Part shown: positions 19,641 through 30,002 of the stretch, one piece after another
Layout: each line of letters opens with the position of its first letter
Position numbering within the stretch: position 1 is the stretch's first letter
Position numbers and translations under genes: made by a program
Notes under the pieces: model-generated
The model's input: only the letters and a program-made list of their open reading frames with translations
What the model was told of the DNA's origin: nothing
Databases searched by the model: none
NCBI GenBank assembly: GCA_043797265.1
Contig: JAZDPV010000002.1
Span: 1 to 57,010 of the forward strand
DNA from: an archaeon
Lineage (GTDB): Archaea; Nanobdellota; Nanobdellia; Pacearchaeales; GW2011-AR1
DNA length: 57,010 nucleotides
Reading direction: 5' to 3'

Positions 19641-19677
19641 TCAAAAACCTTAAAAACCAAATTCCTCATCCAAACTC

Positions 19678-19848
19678 ATGAAAACAAAAGGAAAATTCAT
19701 TCGAGTAAATTGCTCCAAATGCAAAGCATCACAAATAATATTCGGAAAAGCGTCGACAAAAGTCAGATGCCTCGAATGCAACACAATTCTCGCACTCCCA
19801 TCCAGCGGCAAAGCAAAAATACGTTCAAGAGTAGAAGAAGTTCTATGA
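19678..19848 (+). CDS. rps27e: 30S ribosomal protein S27e (not in ORF track)
   Basis: MKTKGKFIRVNCSKCKASQIIFGKASTKVRCLECNTILALPSSGKAKIRSRVEEVL. Confidence 0.95.
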   Translation: MKTKGKFIRVNCSKCKASQIIFGKASTKVRCLECNTILALPSSGKAKIRSRVEEVL

Positions 19849-19918
19849 GCCCGCCCAAGCCAAACTTAATAAAATATGCGAGAGTGAAATTTAAATAAAC
19901 GAAATTACTAAAATCAAA

Positions 19919-20624
19919 ATGGAAGAAGGCGACTTGGTATTATGCAAGGTTGAACAAGTAACAAATACAATTACATCCGTGAAAACGCCAGACGGCCACG
20001 AAGGAACAATAATCTCGTCGGAAATCGCCCCCGGTCGAATCAAACTAATGCGCCAGTACGTCGTCCCGAATAAACAAATCGTCTGCAAAATTCTAAAAAT
20101 AGAAGGCAACCGAATCCACCTATCCCTAAGACGAGTAACCTCAAAAGAAAAAAAAGAAGTAATGCAAAAATACAAACAAGCCCAGGCAATCAACGTCGCA
20201 TTCAAACAAATCCTCGGCGAGAAAGAAGAACAGACAAAAGAAAAAATTCTCAAAGACTTCAAAGACCTCTCCGAATTCATCAACAAAATCAAAGAAGACG
20301 AAAAAATATTATCAAAATACATCCCAAAAGAAAAACAAGAAGCAATCAAAAAAGTTTCAGAAAAAAAAAAGAAAAAACATAGAATTAAAACAAAACATCA
20401 AAATCAAATGCCCAGAAGAAGATGGGGTAAAAAGAATAAAAAAAATCTTCGACCTCGACGACAAAAACATTTCAATCACTTACATCTCGGCCGGAAATTT
20501 CAAATTAAAATTAACAATCGAAGATTTTAAACAAGGCAAAAAAAAAATAACAGAAATTATAGAAGAATTAGAAAAACGCGCAAAAGAAAACAACTGCGAA
20601 TTTTTCGCCACCGAAGAAAAATGA
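19919..20624 (+). CDS. eif2a: Translation initiation factor aIF2 alpha, +1 frameshift at the A10 run 20361-20370
   Basis: S1 domain (EEGDLVLCKV...SEIAPGRI...LSLRRV); C-terminal domain (CPEEDGVKRIK...YISAGNF) continues in the +1 frame to TGA 20624; rps27e-aIF2a-nop10 synteny. Confidence 0.88.
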
Positions 20625-20767
20625 CCACGCTAAAAAAATGCCCCGCCTGCAACAAATATACATTAAAAGAAAAATGTCCGAACTGCAACAAAGAAACAAA
20701 ACAAGCAAGTTATAAATTTATAAAAATCAAAAACGCCCCGCCACGCTCAGTCCCATTTAAAAAATAA
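20621..20767 (+). CDS. nop10: Nop10-like Zn-ribbon protein (not in ORF track)
   Basis: MTTLKKCPACNKYTLKEKCPNCNKET...; ATGA overlap with aIF2a. Confidence 0.85.
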   Translation: MTTLKKCPACNKYTLKEKCPNCNKETKQASYKFIKIKNAPPRSVPFKK

Positions 20768-20786
20768 TCACACCTCACCGACGACA

Positions 20787-20980
20787 TTCTTCACAATCTC
20801 CATAAAATTCGCAGCGACCGAAGGGCGACCGAATTTTTCGCGTGGCTTTGCCACAAGACTAATTAAAAATTTCTTTCTTCATAATCTCCATAAAATTCGC
20901 AGCGACCGAAGGGCGACCGAATTTTTCGCGTGGCTTTGCCACAAAACTAATTAAAAATTTCTTTCTTCACAATCTCCATA
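20787..20980. repeat. 88-bp tandem repeat (2 units plus an 18-bp third copy) covering the UDG 3' end
   Basis: TTCTTCAYAATCTCCATA at 20787, 20875 and 20963; each unit carries hairpins such as GTGGC-TTT-GCCAC. Confidence 0.92.
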
Positions 20981-21543
20981 TCTTTCTCCCACGCACCAAT
21001 CAACGCCCTTTTGTAAATAATCGCCGCCGGATGAAACAGCGGAATTAACTTTACTTTCAATCCGTCAATCTCAATATCTCTAACCCCCCCATGAACCTGC
21101 GTAATCCCCAACTGCTCGTTCATCTTGTCAACATCGCCCCCAGCCAAAAAAAATTTCGTCGCATAATTCCCCAACGAACAAACAACCTTCGGCTTCATCT
21201 CCCGAATCTGCTTCAACAACCACGGCGTATGCGCCCTAATCTCATCTGGCAACGGGTCCCGATTCTCCGGCGGCCGACATTTCAAAATATTCGCAACATA
21301 AACATCATCCAAACTCAACCCAACATTCGCCAGCAACTTATCCAAATTTTTCCCCGCCGCCCCGCAAAAAGGAATCCCCTGCTCATCCTCGCTCCGCCCC
21401 GGCGCCTCACCCACAAACAAAATCTTCGCATTCAAATTCCCTTTCCCGACGACAATATTCGCGCAGTTCCGAAACGGCTCCGTCTTCTTCACCAGCGCCG
21501 CCTCATAGAAAAAAAACTCCGACGAATTCTTATTTGATTCCAT
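20947..21543 (-). CDS. udg: Uracil-DNA glycosylase family 4
   Basis: VGEAPG, PFCGAAG, KCRPPENRDP, LFHPAA. Confidence 0.93.
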   Translation of the reverse strand: MESNKNSSEFFFYEAALVKKTEPFRNCANIVVGKGNLNAKILFVGEAPGRSEDEQGIPFCGAAGKNLDKLLANVGLSLDDVYVANILKCRPPENRDPLPDEIRAHTPWLLKQIREMKPKVVCSLGNYATKFFLAGGDVDKMNEQLGITQVHGGVRDIEIDGLKVKLIPLFHPAAIIYKRALIGAWEKDMEIVKKEIFN

Positions 21544-21576
21544 AAAGAAAATAACTTAATATTATTAATAAATTTA

Positions 21577-21648
21577 CGCCCCCACGAAGAATTGAACTCC
21601 GATTACACCGACCGCAACGATGTGTTCTATCCGTTAAACTATGGGAGC
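21577..21648 (-). tRNA. tRNA-Arg (anticodon GCG)
   Basis: Acceptor GCTCCCA/TGGGGGC-G, anticodon arm CATCG-TTGCGGT-CGGTG, GTTCAATTC T loop. Confidence 0.88.
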
Positions 21649-21735
21649 TTAAATAACCCAACAAAGATAATTTATAAAAATATCTAATCAACTAATCATA
21701 TCACAAAAAACAAAACCGACACGTATCCTAACCGA

Positions 21736-22128
21736 CTATCTCTTCGCTCTAATTTCAATAAACTTATTTCTCTTGCCTTTCAAAACATACCACGCAATCC
21801 CACCAATAACACCGACGACAACAAGAACAACCGCAACAATATCCCAACCAAGCTTCTCAACCAGCTCCGTAATCTCTTCCGTCTCTTCGGAAACCGTCCC
21901 ACCGCCCAAACCTCCCCCGCCACCAGCACCTCCCACCTCTTCACTAATAGTAGTCTCATTAGCCGTCGCATTAACGGTTCCTCCACCTCCGCCACCGCCT
22001 CCACTATCAGTCGAAGCAGCAGCGGGTGGCGTCACCACCGCAGTAGGAACCACAACATTATATCCTGCCCCCGCAACTAAACCCATCATCAAAAATCCAA
22101 CCAACAAAATACACAATTTCATCTCCAT
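21736..22128 (-). CDS. Small secreted protein with Gly/Thr-rich stalk and C-terminal TM anchor
   Basis: Signal peptide, SGGGGGGGG linker, TM helix followed by a basic tail. Confidence 0.8.
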   Translation of the reverse strand: MEMKLCILLVGFLMMGLVAGAGYNVVVPTAVVTPPAAASTDSGGGGGGGGTVNATANETTISEEVGGAGGGGGLGGGTVSEETEEITELVEKLGWDIVAVVLVVVGVIGGIAWYVLKGKRNKFIEIRAKR

Positions 22129-22129
22129 C

Positions 22130-25100
22130 TTAAAATCCTAACGACACAGGAATTTTACATGCTGTCGCAGTAGTCCCTGTACAATTTACATAAGCACTAA
22201 CATTCTTGGCATTAGCCCCGGTATCATCCACAAAATTAAACGTATTAGCCGAAGAATAAGCAACCGGCATATTCATCTGAATATAATCCCCGGCACCGCC
22301 AAGATGCATATCATCAATCAAATTATTCCACTTCTTCAAACTCGAATTCATTCCCATCATATCCGTCGTCGCATTACAAATAAACGCACTACCCATATCA
22401 ATCTTCACCGGCTCATAAATATTAATCCCATAAAACCCAATACTTAAACCATCTCCACAATTACTATGCACCGTCATATTCATACTCTTTGTAACCGAAG
22501 TATTCGTCTTTATCCCAACATCAAATGCGGTAGGCACACCATTAATAGTAAATGTCTCACTAAAATTATAACCAGTCTTATTCAGGGCAGGAATATCGAC
22601 GGTATAACCATCCGGCAAATCAAGCTTAAAAATAAATGACTTCGGAACAATACTCGCCTTCGTTGTAAAATTAGCACAGGCAGAAACCCCGCAATTACCC
22701 GACGGGTCACAAGTTTTAATCTTGTAATAATAAGCCGTCCCATTACTCAACGCATATCCCAAACTCCCACTAACTAAATCAATGGAATGAAATGGCTTAA
22801 AATTCGCATACTGCTGATAGACCTCACTCCCTACATCCTCCATAGTAATATTCAAAACTTTACAAGTCGAATCACTCAGATAAAACAACACGCTCATATT
22901 CGAAGGTTCATTCGTATCGACCTTCATAAACGCCCCATCCCATAACGTATCAACCTTGCTAAACATTACCGTCGGCGCAACTTTATCAGTATTATTAGCC
23001 ACAAACGAAAATGCGGCCCCACTCGCACACTTAGGAGTAAATGCGCATATAGGATCCGCGCAATCCGCCAATCCATCCTCGTTATCATCAACTCCATTCA
23101 TGCACTCCTCAAAAACATTAAACCCAAACTTCTGTATATTCTTGCACTTCGGATCCTTCGTACTCGGATTAGAACAATCAACAAATCCAAAATCAATACT
23201 CCCGGGAGTATAATATCCGGGCCCGACATAATCCGAAGGACTAGTTCTACTATCGCTGGCATCGGCGCTCGCCATATAAATCCTCATATTCGCCGTCTTA
23301 ACATATTCCGAAAAAGATTCCAAATCCTGAAGCGCCACCGCCACCATCACTCCCCCAATCTCCCCACAACTCATCTTCTTACTTGTCGTGACTAAAGCAT
23401 TAGTCGCCGTCCATGTCCCATTACTACACCTCATCAACTGCTTAGTCTCAACAACTCCGGCAGTAGTATTCCTCGCCACATAACTAATCATGAAATCATA
23501 ACCCGAATAATTCGTATCGCCTATAGCATCGCAAGCACCACTATTAACTCCGTCGGTATCTAAATACCAATAAAAACTACCAGAAGCATTTCCGGTTCCA
23601 ACAATCCCCGAACTCACAGTCCCATTCATCTGCATCATTGCCATAACATTATAACCATTACAGACAATAGAACCACTAATATTAAAAATACCCGCACCAA
23701 AATTAAATCCCTCGGCACTAACTCTCATTCCAGTCCCCATAATATCCACCTCGCCCCCCACTCCGGCTTCTGCACTTGGACCAGACGGTCCAAAACTATT
23801 CCCAGAATCCATTACTAACTGAATAACATCCCCCTCCATCGCTCCAAAATGCTGGAACTCCGCCTTGTCCATACACCACCCACTCGGCTCCGTCGCTGAT
23901 AAATTATTATTAGAATAACTATCATTCTTATACTGACAAGTAACACTACTCAAAGCACATCCAGTTTCATTTCCATTATACTGCCAACATCCAGTCTTCC
24001 CGCCACTTCCCATCCCCATCATCATAAACGTCGACGGCTGACAAGTAGCACTCATATTCTTCCATTGACATAATCCGCCAAAAGTTTCATTTTCACAACC
24101 CGTTTGATTAAAATTTTGATTCATACAAGCAATATCGCACCACCCGCCAGTCATAGAAAAATTATCCGCTCTCCAAGTACAATTTAAATTAGCACCGCAA
24201 GAACTAGAATTTAATTCCATACAAGCAGACATCGGAGCATAATCACACCATCCACCAGAAGAAACTCCTCCCCAAGTATTATTCTTCCATGCACACCCGG
24301 ACAAACCAGCACAAGCACTCTCGTTTGAAACACTCCAGCAAGCAGCATCATTCATCTTCGTCATATTCATCTCGCACCAAGCATTCGAACCCATTGAACT
24401 TGACTCGTTCGTACACCCCGCAGTCGCGTTGCAAGTTACCAAATCATCATTAAACTTCCAACAATTAGAACCAGGCATATCGCACCACCCCGTCGGATTC
24501 CAAGTATCATTTATCCACGTACAATTTGAACTCCCAAAAGCAAGGGTAGAATTACAATCTCCCTCCGTCATCTGCGCAAAACAACCTCCCCCAAAAGAAC
24601 TCCCTCCACAAAAATTATCAAACCCACAATCAGGGTCAGAACAATCAACTAATAAATCCGAATCATCGTCGACACCATTAAAACAAACTTCCCCCGCGAA
24701 ACCATTAGGTTTGCATAAATTAAATGTCTGGTCCCATGTACAATCTAAAGTCGTAGTATTATCAATACACGAAGCAAAATCATAACACGAAAAACAATCA
24801 GTATTACAAACCTTCTTCGTCTTATCAACACAATAACCCGCACCAACTCCCGTAGCAGTATCATTCACCCACTGACATCCAACCCCAGCATTCGCGACGC
24901 TGCCAACACAAGCCGCATAAGGAGCATTCATAAAATCACAATCCTGGCACTTAGTATTGCAATCACCCGAACCCGAATATTCCATTTCCGTCGGATAATC
25001 ACACCATCCCAAGCCATTGAACGCAGAGCTCCCATTTATCCAACTGCAATATCCCAACGCCGAACCAACACAAGCTGCCTCCGCCTCGGTAACATTGGCC

Positions 25101-26800
25101 CACACACTTCCATTATATCTAAACTCACAAGCCCAACAAGAACTATCGCAATTTGCTTTATTCGCTTTCTGCCCTCCGTCATCAACATTAAAAAATCCCG
25201 TCATCTCGCACCACGAATCTTGTTTCAAAATAGCACCGTCGATATAATACTCCGTCTGCCAAGTCCCTCCCGAAGCAGTACACGCCGTATCACTACTAAC
25301 CGAACCAAAATCATTATCTCCTCCAAATCCAAACACCGCCCCCGAATTAAACGTGCAATTCTTCACAACCGCAGAACTATTGTCCCACTTGCACGGCATC
25401 ATATATTCTTCAATTAATTGCGTACACAAAGTATAATTATTCTTAGAATCGGGATGCTCGCAAAACCCAACAGGCGGCGCACTTTTAACTACAGAATTTT
25501 TTCCAGCCGCACAAAACGCGCCAGTTAAATTTACAGAAGAATTCCAAACACAATTCGGCAAAGGCCCATAATTACAAGCAGATTTAATTTGTATATCCAC
25601 GCAAGCCAAATTAGCAGAATTATCAGCATTAGTATAACTCCCTTTATCTAAAGCATCATGCCCCTCGCAATATCCCACAACCTTCCCATAACAAATATTA
25701 TCAGTAGCATTAGACACATCATTTGGAGCAGTAGCATTCCCACCAGTACAATAAGCACAACCAGTTATATTCCCACAAACTAACGGCTGATTATCCGCAA
25801 ACCAGCAATGCGCCTCTCCACCAAACATAAAACCTCCCCCGCCCATCCCGGAACCTCCACCCGACGGCATCACGCAACCACCAGTAGAATTATACCAACC
25901 CCCGACGCTGAAACACGAATCACTATCATTAAAAAACATAAATCCTCCTCCTTCCATCTCCCCGCAAACTCCCGAATCACTTTGATTAAAAACACAAGGC
26001 ATCATCATTTCCATCTTGAGAGTGTCGCAAAGAGTTTGATTATCACCCGCCTCAGAACAACTTTTCGTATAACAACACCCAACAGAATTTTGGCACCACG
26101 GGTCACTCGCTTTACTCACCCAAGTACACGCCCCCGCAAAACTTCCATTAACACACAATGTTTCATTTCCCTCATAACTCCAACAACCCTTTTGGTCACA
26201 GCAACCGATATCCGTCGTCGTCGCAAGAGAATTTTTATTCTGAGCGTCACCCAATGTTTTTATCCAGCACCACGGATTCTGATTCACATCATTCGCCTTC
26301 CACTCACAAGTTTGATAATCACTCAAACACTGTTGCTTGTTTCCATCATTGTTCCAACAGCCACTAGCCGGACCACCAAAATCGCCACTACTACTCCAAT
26401 CCATCATGCAAGTTCCATTCATCATATAAGAAGAACCATTCGGAAGATAATTCGTCATCGGGAAACCATTCCAAGTGCAATTCAAAGTTCCATCATTTGT
26501 CTCACAAATCGTTTCATCCGTCTCATCCCACTGCCAACATTGTTTTTCAAGACAACAATATTGCATCGACGAACCACACCAAGGATCAATTTCAACACTC
26601 CCATAGCCAACAACACTCCCCGTAAAAGAAGTCACAAGGCACCCGCTCGAATTACACAAAGATGGAGTCCCACCATTCATCGAACCATACTGCCAACAAT
26701 CAATCCACGCCACAACAATCCCCGAACTCAACAAGACGCCAACAACTAAAACCAAACAAAACAAAAAAATTCTCGACGATTTCACCACCATCTTTATCAT
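22130..26800 (-). CDS. Giant secreted Cys/Trp-rich repeat glycoprotein (1556 aa)
   Basis: Signal peptide; many CW...C...CxW...GWC modules; two CxNGVDDxxDxLxDCxDPxC motifs; FnIII-like segment (YYYKIKTCDPSGN); many NxS/T sequons. Confidence 0.9.
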   Translation of the reverse strand: MIKMVVKSSRIFLFCLVLVVGVLLSSGIVVAWIDCWQYGSMNGGTPSLCNSSGCLVTSFTGSVVGYGSVEIDPWCGSSMQYCCLEKQCWQWDETDETICETNDGTLNCTWNGFPMTNYLPNGSSYMMNGTCMMDWSSSGDFGGPASGCWNNDGNKQQCLSDYQTCEWKANDVNQNPWCWIKTLGDAQNKNSLATTTDIGCCDQKGCWSYEGNETLCVNGSFAGACTWVSKASDPWCQNSVGCCYTKSCSEAGDNQTLCDTLKMEMMMPCVFNQSDSGVCGEMEGGGFMFFNDSDSCFSVGGWYNSTGGCVMPSGGGSGMGGGGFMFGGEAHCWFADNQPLVCGNITGCAYCTGGNATAPNDVSNATDNICYGKVVGYCEGHDALDKGSYTNADNSANLACVDIQIKSACNYGPLPNCVWNSSVNLTGAFCAAGKNSVVKSAPPVGFCEHPDSKNNYTLCTQLIEEYMMPCKWDNSSAVVKNCTFNSGAVFGFGGDNDFGSVSSDTACTASGGTWQTEYYIDGAILKQDSWCEMTGFFNVDDGGQKANKANCDSSCWACEFRYNGSVWANVTEAEAACVGSALGYCSWINGSSAFNGLGWCDYPTEMEYSGSGDCNTKCQDCDFMNAPYAACVGSVANAGVGCQWVNDTATGVGAGYCVDKTKKVCNTDCFSCYDFASCIDNTTTLDCTWDQTFNLCKPNGFAGEVCFNGVDDDSDLLVDCSDPDCGFDNFCGGSSFGGGCFAQMTEGDCNSTLAFGSSNCTWINDTWNPTGWCDMPGSNCWKFNDDLVTCNATAGCTNESSSMGSNAWCEMNMTKMNDAACWSVSNESACAGLSGCAWKNNTWGGVSSGGWCDYAPMSACMELNSSSCGANLNCTWRADNFSMTGGWCDIACMNQNFNQTGCENETFGGLCQWKNMSATCQPSTFMMMGMGSGGKTGCWQYNGNETGCALSSVTCQYKNDSYSNNNLSATEPSGWCMDKAEFQHFGAMEGDVIQLVMDSGNSFGPSGPSAEAGVGGEVDIMGTGMRVSAEGFNFGAGIFNISGSIVCNGYNVMAMMQMNGTVSSGIVGTGNASGSFYWYLDTDGVNSGACDAIGDTNYSGYDFMISYVARNTTAGVVETKQLMRCSNGTWTATNALVTTSKKMSCGEIGGVMVAVALQDLESFSEYVKTANMRIYMASADASDSRTSPSDYVGPGYYTPGSIDFGFVDCSNPSTKDPKCKNIQKFGFNVFEECMNGVDDNEDGLADCADPICAFTPKCASGAAFSFVANNTDKVAPTVMFSKVDTLWDGAFMKVDTNEPSNMSVLFYLSDSTCKVLNITMEDVGSEVYQQYANFKPFHSIDLVSGSLGYALSNGTAYYYKIKTCDPSGNCGVSACANFTTKASIVPKSFIFKLDLPDGYTVDIPALNKTGYNFSETFTINGVPTAFDVGIKTNTSVTKSMNMTVHSNCGDGLSIGFYGINIYEPVKIDMGSAFICNATTDMMGMNSSLKKWNNLIDDMHLGGAGDYIQMNMPVAYSSANTFNFVDDTGANAKNVSAYVNCTGTTATACKIPVSLGF

Positions 26801-26900
26801 TAAGTTATAATAATTCCTTTAAATACTTTTCCAAAAAATAAACACCGTCGACTCTCGACGAAATTTTTCCCAATCCCAACCCCGCATTCCAGCCCCGCGA

Positions 26901-26962
26901 CCGCGCGGGGCGGCGAAGCCGCCGAAAATATGAGAGCGAAGCTCTCTAATTTCCCCCTCCCT
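26901..26962. repeat. Two-hairpin GAA-triloop element, copy 1
   Basis: GGCGGC-GAA-GCCGCC...GAGAGC-GAA-GCTCTC...AATTTCCCCCTCCCT; homologous to 53505-53565. Confidence 0.8.
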
Positions 26963-26994
26963 ATTCCCAATTTCCCCTCCCTATTCCCATCCCC

Positions 26995-27067
26995 GCAAAT
27001 TAAAATTTTAGCGCCAGGTTGTCCGTTGCTTCGCAACGGACGGGCGCGTTAAAAAATTTTAATTTGC
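26995..27067. repeat. 73-bp long palindrome (MITE-like)
   Basis: GCAAATTAAAATTTT...GTCCGTTGC-TTC-GCAACGGAC...AAAATTTTAATTTGC. Confidence 0.8.
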
Positions 27068-27125
27068 ATAAAATCGTGAACGAAGTTCACCCACCAGAAA
27101 AAGTTGGTAAGAAAACTTAGTGTTC

Positions 27126-28148
27126 TTACACCTCAACATCCTTCAACCCATCTGCCTCAATCATAAACGCCGTCGCATTATCCGGCAAATCCGGACTGTC
27201 AATCAACTTCGCAATCCTCGAATCCTTCTTCCCTCGTCGAAGATAAATTCTGTAAGTGCAAGCATGTCCGACGATATTCCCCCCAATCGCTTTCGTCGGG
27301 TCCCCAAACAACTGCGCCGGGTCCGACATAACTTGATTCGTCACATACACCGCCAAATTATTTTGCTCGGCAACCCTCATCAAATCATGCAAATATCTAT
27401 TCAGCCTCTGTTGCCTATCTGCCAACTGCCCCCGCCCAGTATACTCCGCCCGAAAATGCGCCGTCAACGAATCAACAATCACCAACCGAATCGGCTCTCC
27501 GTCCTTAATCATCTCCGCCACTTTCTCCAGCAACAACATCTGATGGTCCGAATTAAACGCCCTCGCAACCAAAATATTTTTCAGCACCTTGTCTGGATTC
27601 GCCCCAATTCCCGACGCAAACTGCCTGACTCTCTCCGGTCGAAATGTCCCCTCGGTATCAATGTAAACCGCCTTCCCATTTGCGCCCCCCTGCTCAATCG
27701 GCAACTGAACACTGACCGCCAACGACAAAGCAAGTTGAGTCTTCCCCGAACCAAAAGCCCCAAATGCCTCCGTTATCGCCTTCGTCTCAATCCCTTTCCC
27801 CCCAAGAAGCTCATCCAAATTCTTAGACCCCGTCGTAATATGAAACAACTCCTTCCTCTTCTGTTCATGCGCCAGCCCGTCGGAAAAACCCAAGTCCATC
27901 ATCTTCCTCGACGCCTGAATCGCCTTCCTCGCAACCGCCTCGCTCATCCCGGCCAACTCAGACAAACCCGCCGGAGTTAAAACCGCCAACCCCATCAAGT
28001 CATAAATCCCCGCCGCCTCCAACTTCGCAACCGCCCCCGGTCCGACCCCCGGCAAGTCAATCAACTTCGCCTCTCCCTTCTTCCCGCCCTTCACCTCTTC
28101 ATCCCCAGAAACAACATCCTCGACATCACTACCTATCTTTTTTGCCAT
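27126..28148 (-). CDS. radA: DNA repair and recombination protein RadA
   Basis: N-terminal HhH (DLPGVGP), [41 protein letters not shown]. Confidence 0.97.
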   Translation of the reverse strand: MAKKIGSDVEDVVSGDEEVKGGKKGEAKLIDLPGVGPGAVAKLEAAGIYDLMGLAVLTPAGLSELAGMSEAVARKAIQASRKMMDLGFSDGLAHEQKRKELFHITTGSKNLDELLGGKGIETKAITEAFGAFGSGKTQLALSLAVSVQLPIEQGGANGKAVYIDTEGTFRPERVRQFASGIGANPDKVLKNILVARAFNSDHQMLLLEKVAEMIKDGEPIRLVIVDSLTAHFRAEYTGRGQLADRQQRLNRYLHDLMRVAEQNNLAVYVTNQVMSDPAQLFGDPTKAIGGNIVGHACTYRIYLRRGKKDSRIAKLIDSPDLPDNATAFMIEADGLKDVEV

Positions 28149-28317
28149 CTCTCATTCCCTCAATTTCTTTTTTCATATTATAAACAACACACTCTCTGAA
28201 ATTATTTGAACCACAAACCCCATTCGTCACTTTGCATTCAAAACTCTCACCCTCACTGCGCATACTGAAATAAGGAGGCACCCTATCTCCTATATACTCG
28301 CAACTTCCATCAGCCAT
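28129..28317 (-). CDS. Small four-Cys protein, paralog A
   Basis: CEY...C...[14 protein letters not shown]; same Cys pattern as the adjacent ORF. Confidence 0.65.
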   Translation of the reverse strand: MADGSCEYIGDRVPPYFSMRSEGESFECKVTNGVCGSNNFRECVVYNMKKEIEGMRDGKKDR

Positions 28318-28495
28318 CTACCACCCCCAACAACCCACGCGATTTCTTCTCCCACTCCTTAACCGCTAAATAAGTTTGACAACTCTCATAATCATCGGAA
28401 TCACAAACCCCATCTATCACAGCCCTACAATAATTCTTACAATCACCATTTCCCTCTCTTGCCATAAAAAAATACTCACATTCCTCATCCACCAT
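28310..28495 (-). CDS. Small four-Cys protein, paralog B
   Basis: CEY...C...GVCDSDDYESCQTY. Confidence 0.65.
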   Translation of the reverse strand: MVDEECEYFFMAREGNGDCKNYCRAVIDGVCDSDDYESCQTYLAVKEWEKKSRGLLGVVDG

Positions 28496-28516
28496 TCCAA
28501 CAAAAATCCCCTTCCC

Positions 28517-28975
28517 TTAATAAGCATTTATGTAATACAAAATAACTAATAAAATATCTCCCAACATCAACAAAACAAAAATCACATCCTCGACAATCCC
28601 ACCGCTTTTAACAAACCCCTTAACTTTCCATCTCAACGGCCAAAATAATTCAACCCCACTCCGCGTCCAGCAATCCAAAAACAAATGCGAAACATAACCA
28701 ACAAAAAATCCAAACCCAATCCAAAGATCAACACTACCTAATATAAGAGATAACAAACCCCCAAAAAATAAACTATGAAAAACCCCCCGATGTTTTACAA
28801 TCCACTGCAACGGCCGAAAATACCAACGGTTCCCAAACGAACTATTCTTCACATCAACATCGACAAACACCGTCGCCAACAAAACAAAAGCCAAAACATA
28901 CAAAGGCATCTCCAAAAAATAACTCAAAATAAACCAAACAAAAATCCCAAACACCACATGCGTCCTAAATAACAT
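28517..28975 (-). CDS. Membrane metal-dependent hydrolase (YdjM family)
   Basis: MLFRTH, DVD, HRGVFHS, SHLFLD..T..G...FWP. Confidence 0.88.
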   Translation of the reverse strand: MLFRTHVVFGIFVWFILSYFLEMPLYVLAFVLLATVFVDVDVKNSSFGNRWYFRPLQWIVKHRGVFHSLFFGGLLSLILGSVDLWIGFGFFVGYVSHLFLDCWTRSGVELFWPLRWKVKGFVKSGGIVEDVIFVLLMLGDILLVILYYINAY

Positions 28976-28999
28976 CCAAACAAAAACAAAAATGAATTC

Positions 29000-29944
29000 T
29001 TAACCCTTGCTATTTAAATCGGTAATCAGTTTCTCAACATCAACTCTCTCAACCCCAGAAGCAACAACTTCTAAATTATCAAACAACTTATTCCTCTGCA
29101 CCCGCCCCGACAAATAAATCTCACTCCCCATAAAATCATCCCTAAACGCCAACGCCTTCGCCTCATCCTTTAAATCACCCTCGGGAATCAACGCATTTAT
29201 CTGGTCGCTAAACATCACAACTCTCATGCTTTCCGTCCCATCGTCCAAGACAAAATTCAAAATCGCTCTCTCCTTCGGCGCAACCTTCCCATGCTCCCCG
29301 CACCTATATCCCCCACCCTCGCCAACAATTTTTTTATTACACTCCGGACAAACAAAATAAAATCTCGGCTGAAAAATCTGAACAACCGCCCCACGCACCC
29401 TGACATTTTGCCCCTGCTTCGCCTCGCTCAAATTCCCTTCCTTCACAATCACGCCGGTCTTCACGTCCCCCATAATGACCCCGCTCTTCTTCAACTCGCT
29501 AAAACCCCCCAAATGAATCTCCCCGTCCCTCGTCGAACCATTCTTAATTTCAACAACATCTCCCACCTTTATCTCCCCGTTCTCAATCAACTCAATATGA
29601 TTCACATCCCAAAGCACAACCCTCGTGCTCCCCGTCTCGTCTCCAAAAACAAAATTCACAACCTTCCCCTCTCTCCCATTCTTCGAAAACTCCCTCACTG
29701 GAAACAAATTCACAACTTTCCCCACGATATTAACCCGCCTCATTCCCGACATCAACTCCCCAACTTTTAAATCCTGATTCTCAAAACTAATCCCCAACTC
29801 CGCCGCGATAATCTGCGCCGCCCCCTCCTTCGAAATCAACCCCGACAACTTCGCCTTCTTCGCCTCAATTTTCCTTTCGACCTCATCCCGCTCAATCCCC
29901 GCCTCGCCGGCAATCCTGTCAACAAGCATCTCATAATTTTGCAT
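29000..29944 (-). CDS. Replication protein A / OB-fold ssDNA-binding protein
   Basis: DETGSTRVVLWD OB fold, Zn finger CPEC...CGEH, LDDGT second OB fold. Confidence 0.9.
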   Translation of the reverse strand: MQNYEMLVDRIAGEAGIERDEVERKIEAKKAKLSGLISKEGAAQIIAAELGISFENQDLKVGELMSGMRRVNIVGKVVNLFPVREFSKNGREGKVVNFVFGDETGSTRVVLWDVNHIELIENGEIKVGDVVEIKNGSTRDGEIHLGGFSELKKSGVIMGDVKTGVIVKEGNLSEAKQGQNVRVRGAVVQIFQPRFYFVCPECNKKIVGEGGGYRCGEHGKVAPKERAILNFVLDDGTESMRVVMFSDQINALIPEGDLKDEAKALAFRDDFMGSEIYLSGRVQRNKLFDNLEVVASGVERVDVEKLITDLNSKG

Positions 29945-30002
29945 TAGAAAAAATCACAAGATTCTTGACCGCAAGAACTTCGTCACTGCATAATCTAAAA
30001 CC

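Noticed and set aside
19710-19898. 62-aa plus-strand ORF from the track
   Set aside because: Wrong frame; the real gene is rps27e at 19678-19848.
20787-20980. Possible CRISPR array or DGR template/variable repeat pair
   Set aside because: The units are near-identical tandem copies with only two differences, and no cas or reverse transcriptase gene is in the window.
26800-27036. 78-aa minus-strand ORF
   Set aside because: It is made of palindromes and a tandem duplication and runs through the promoter region of the next gene.
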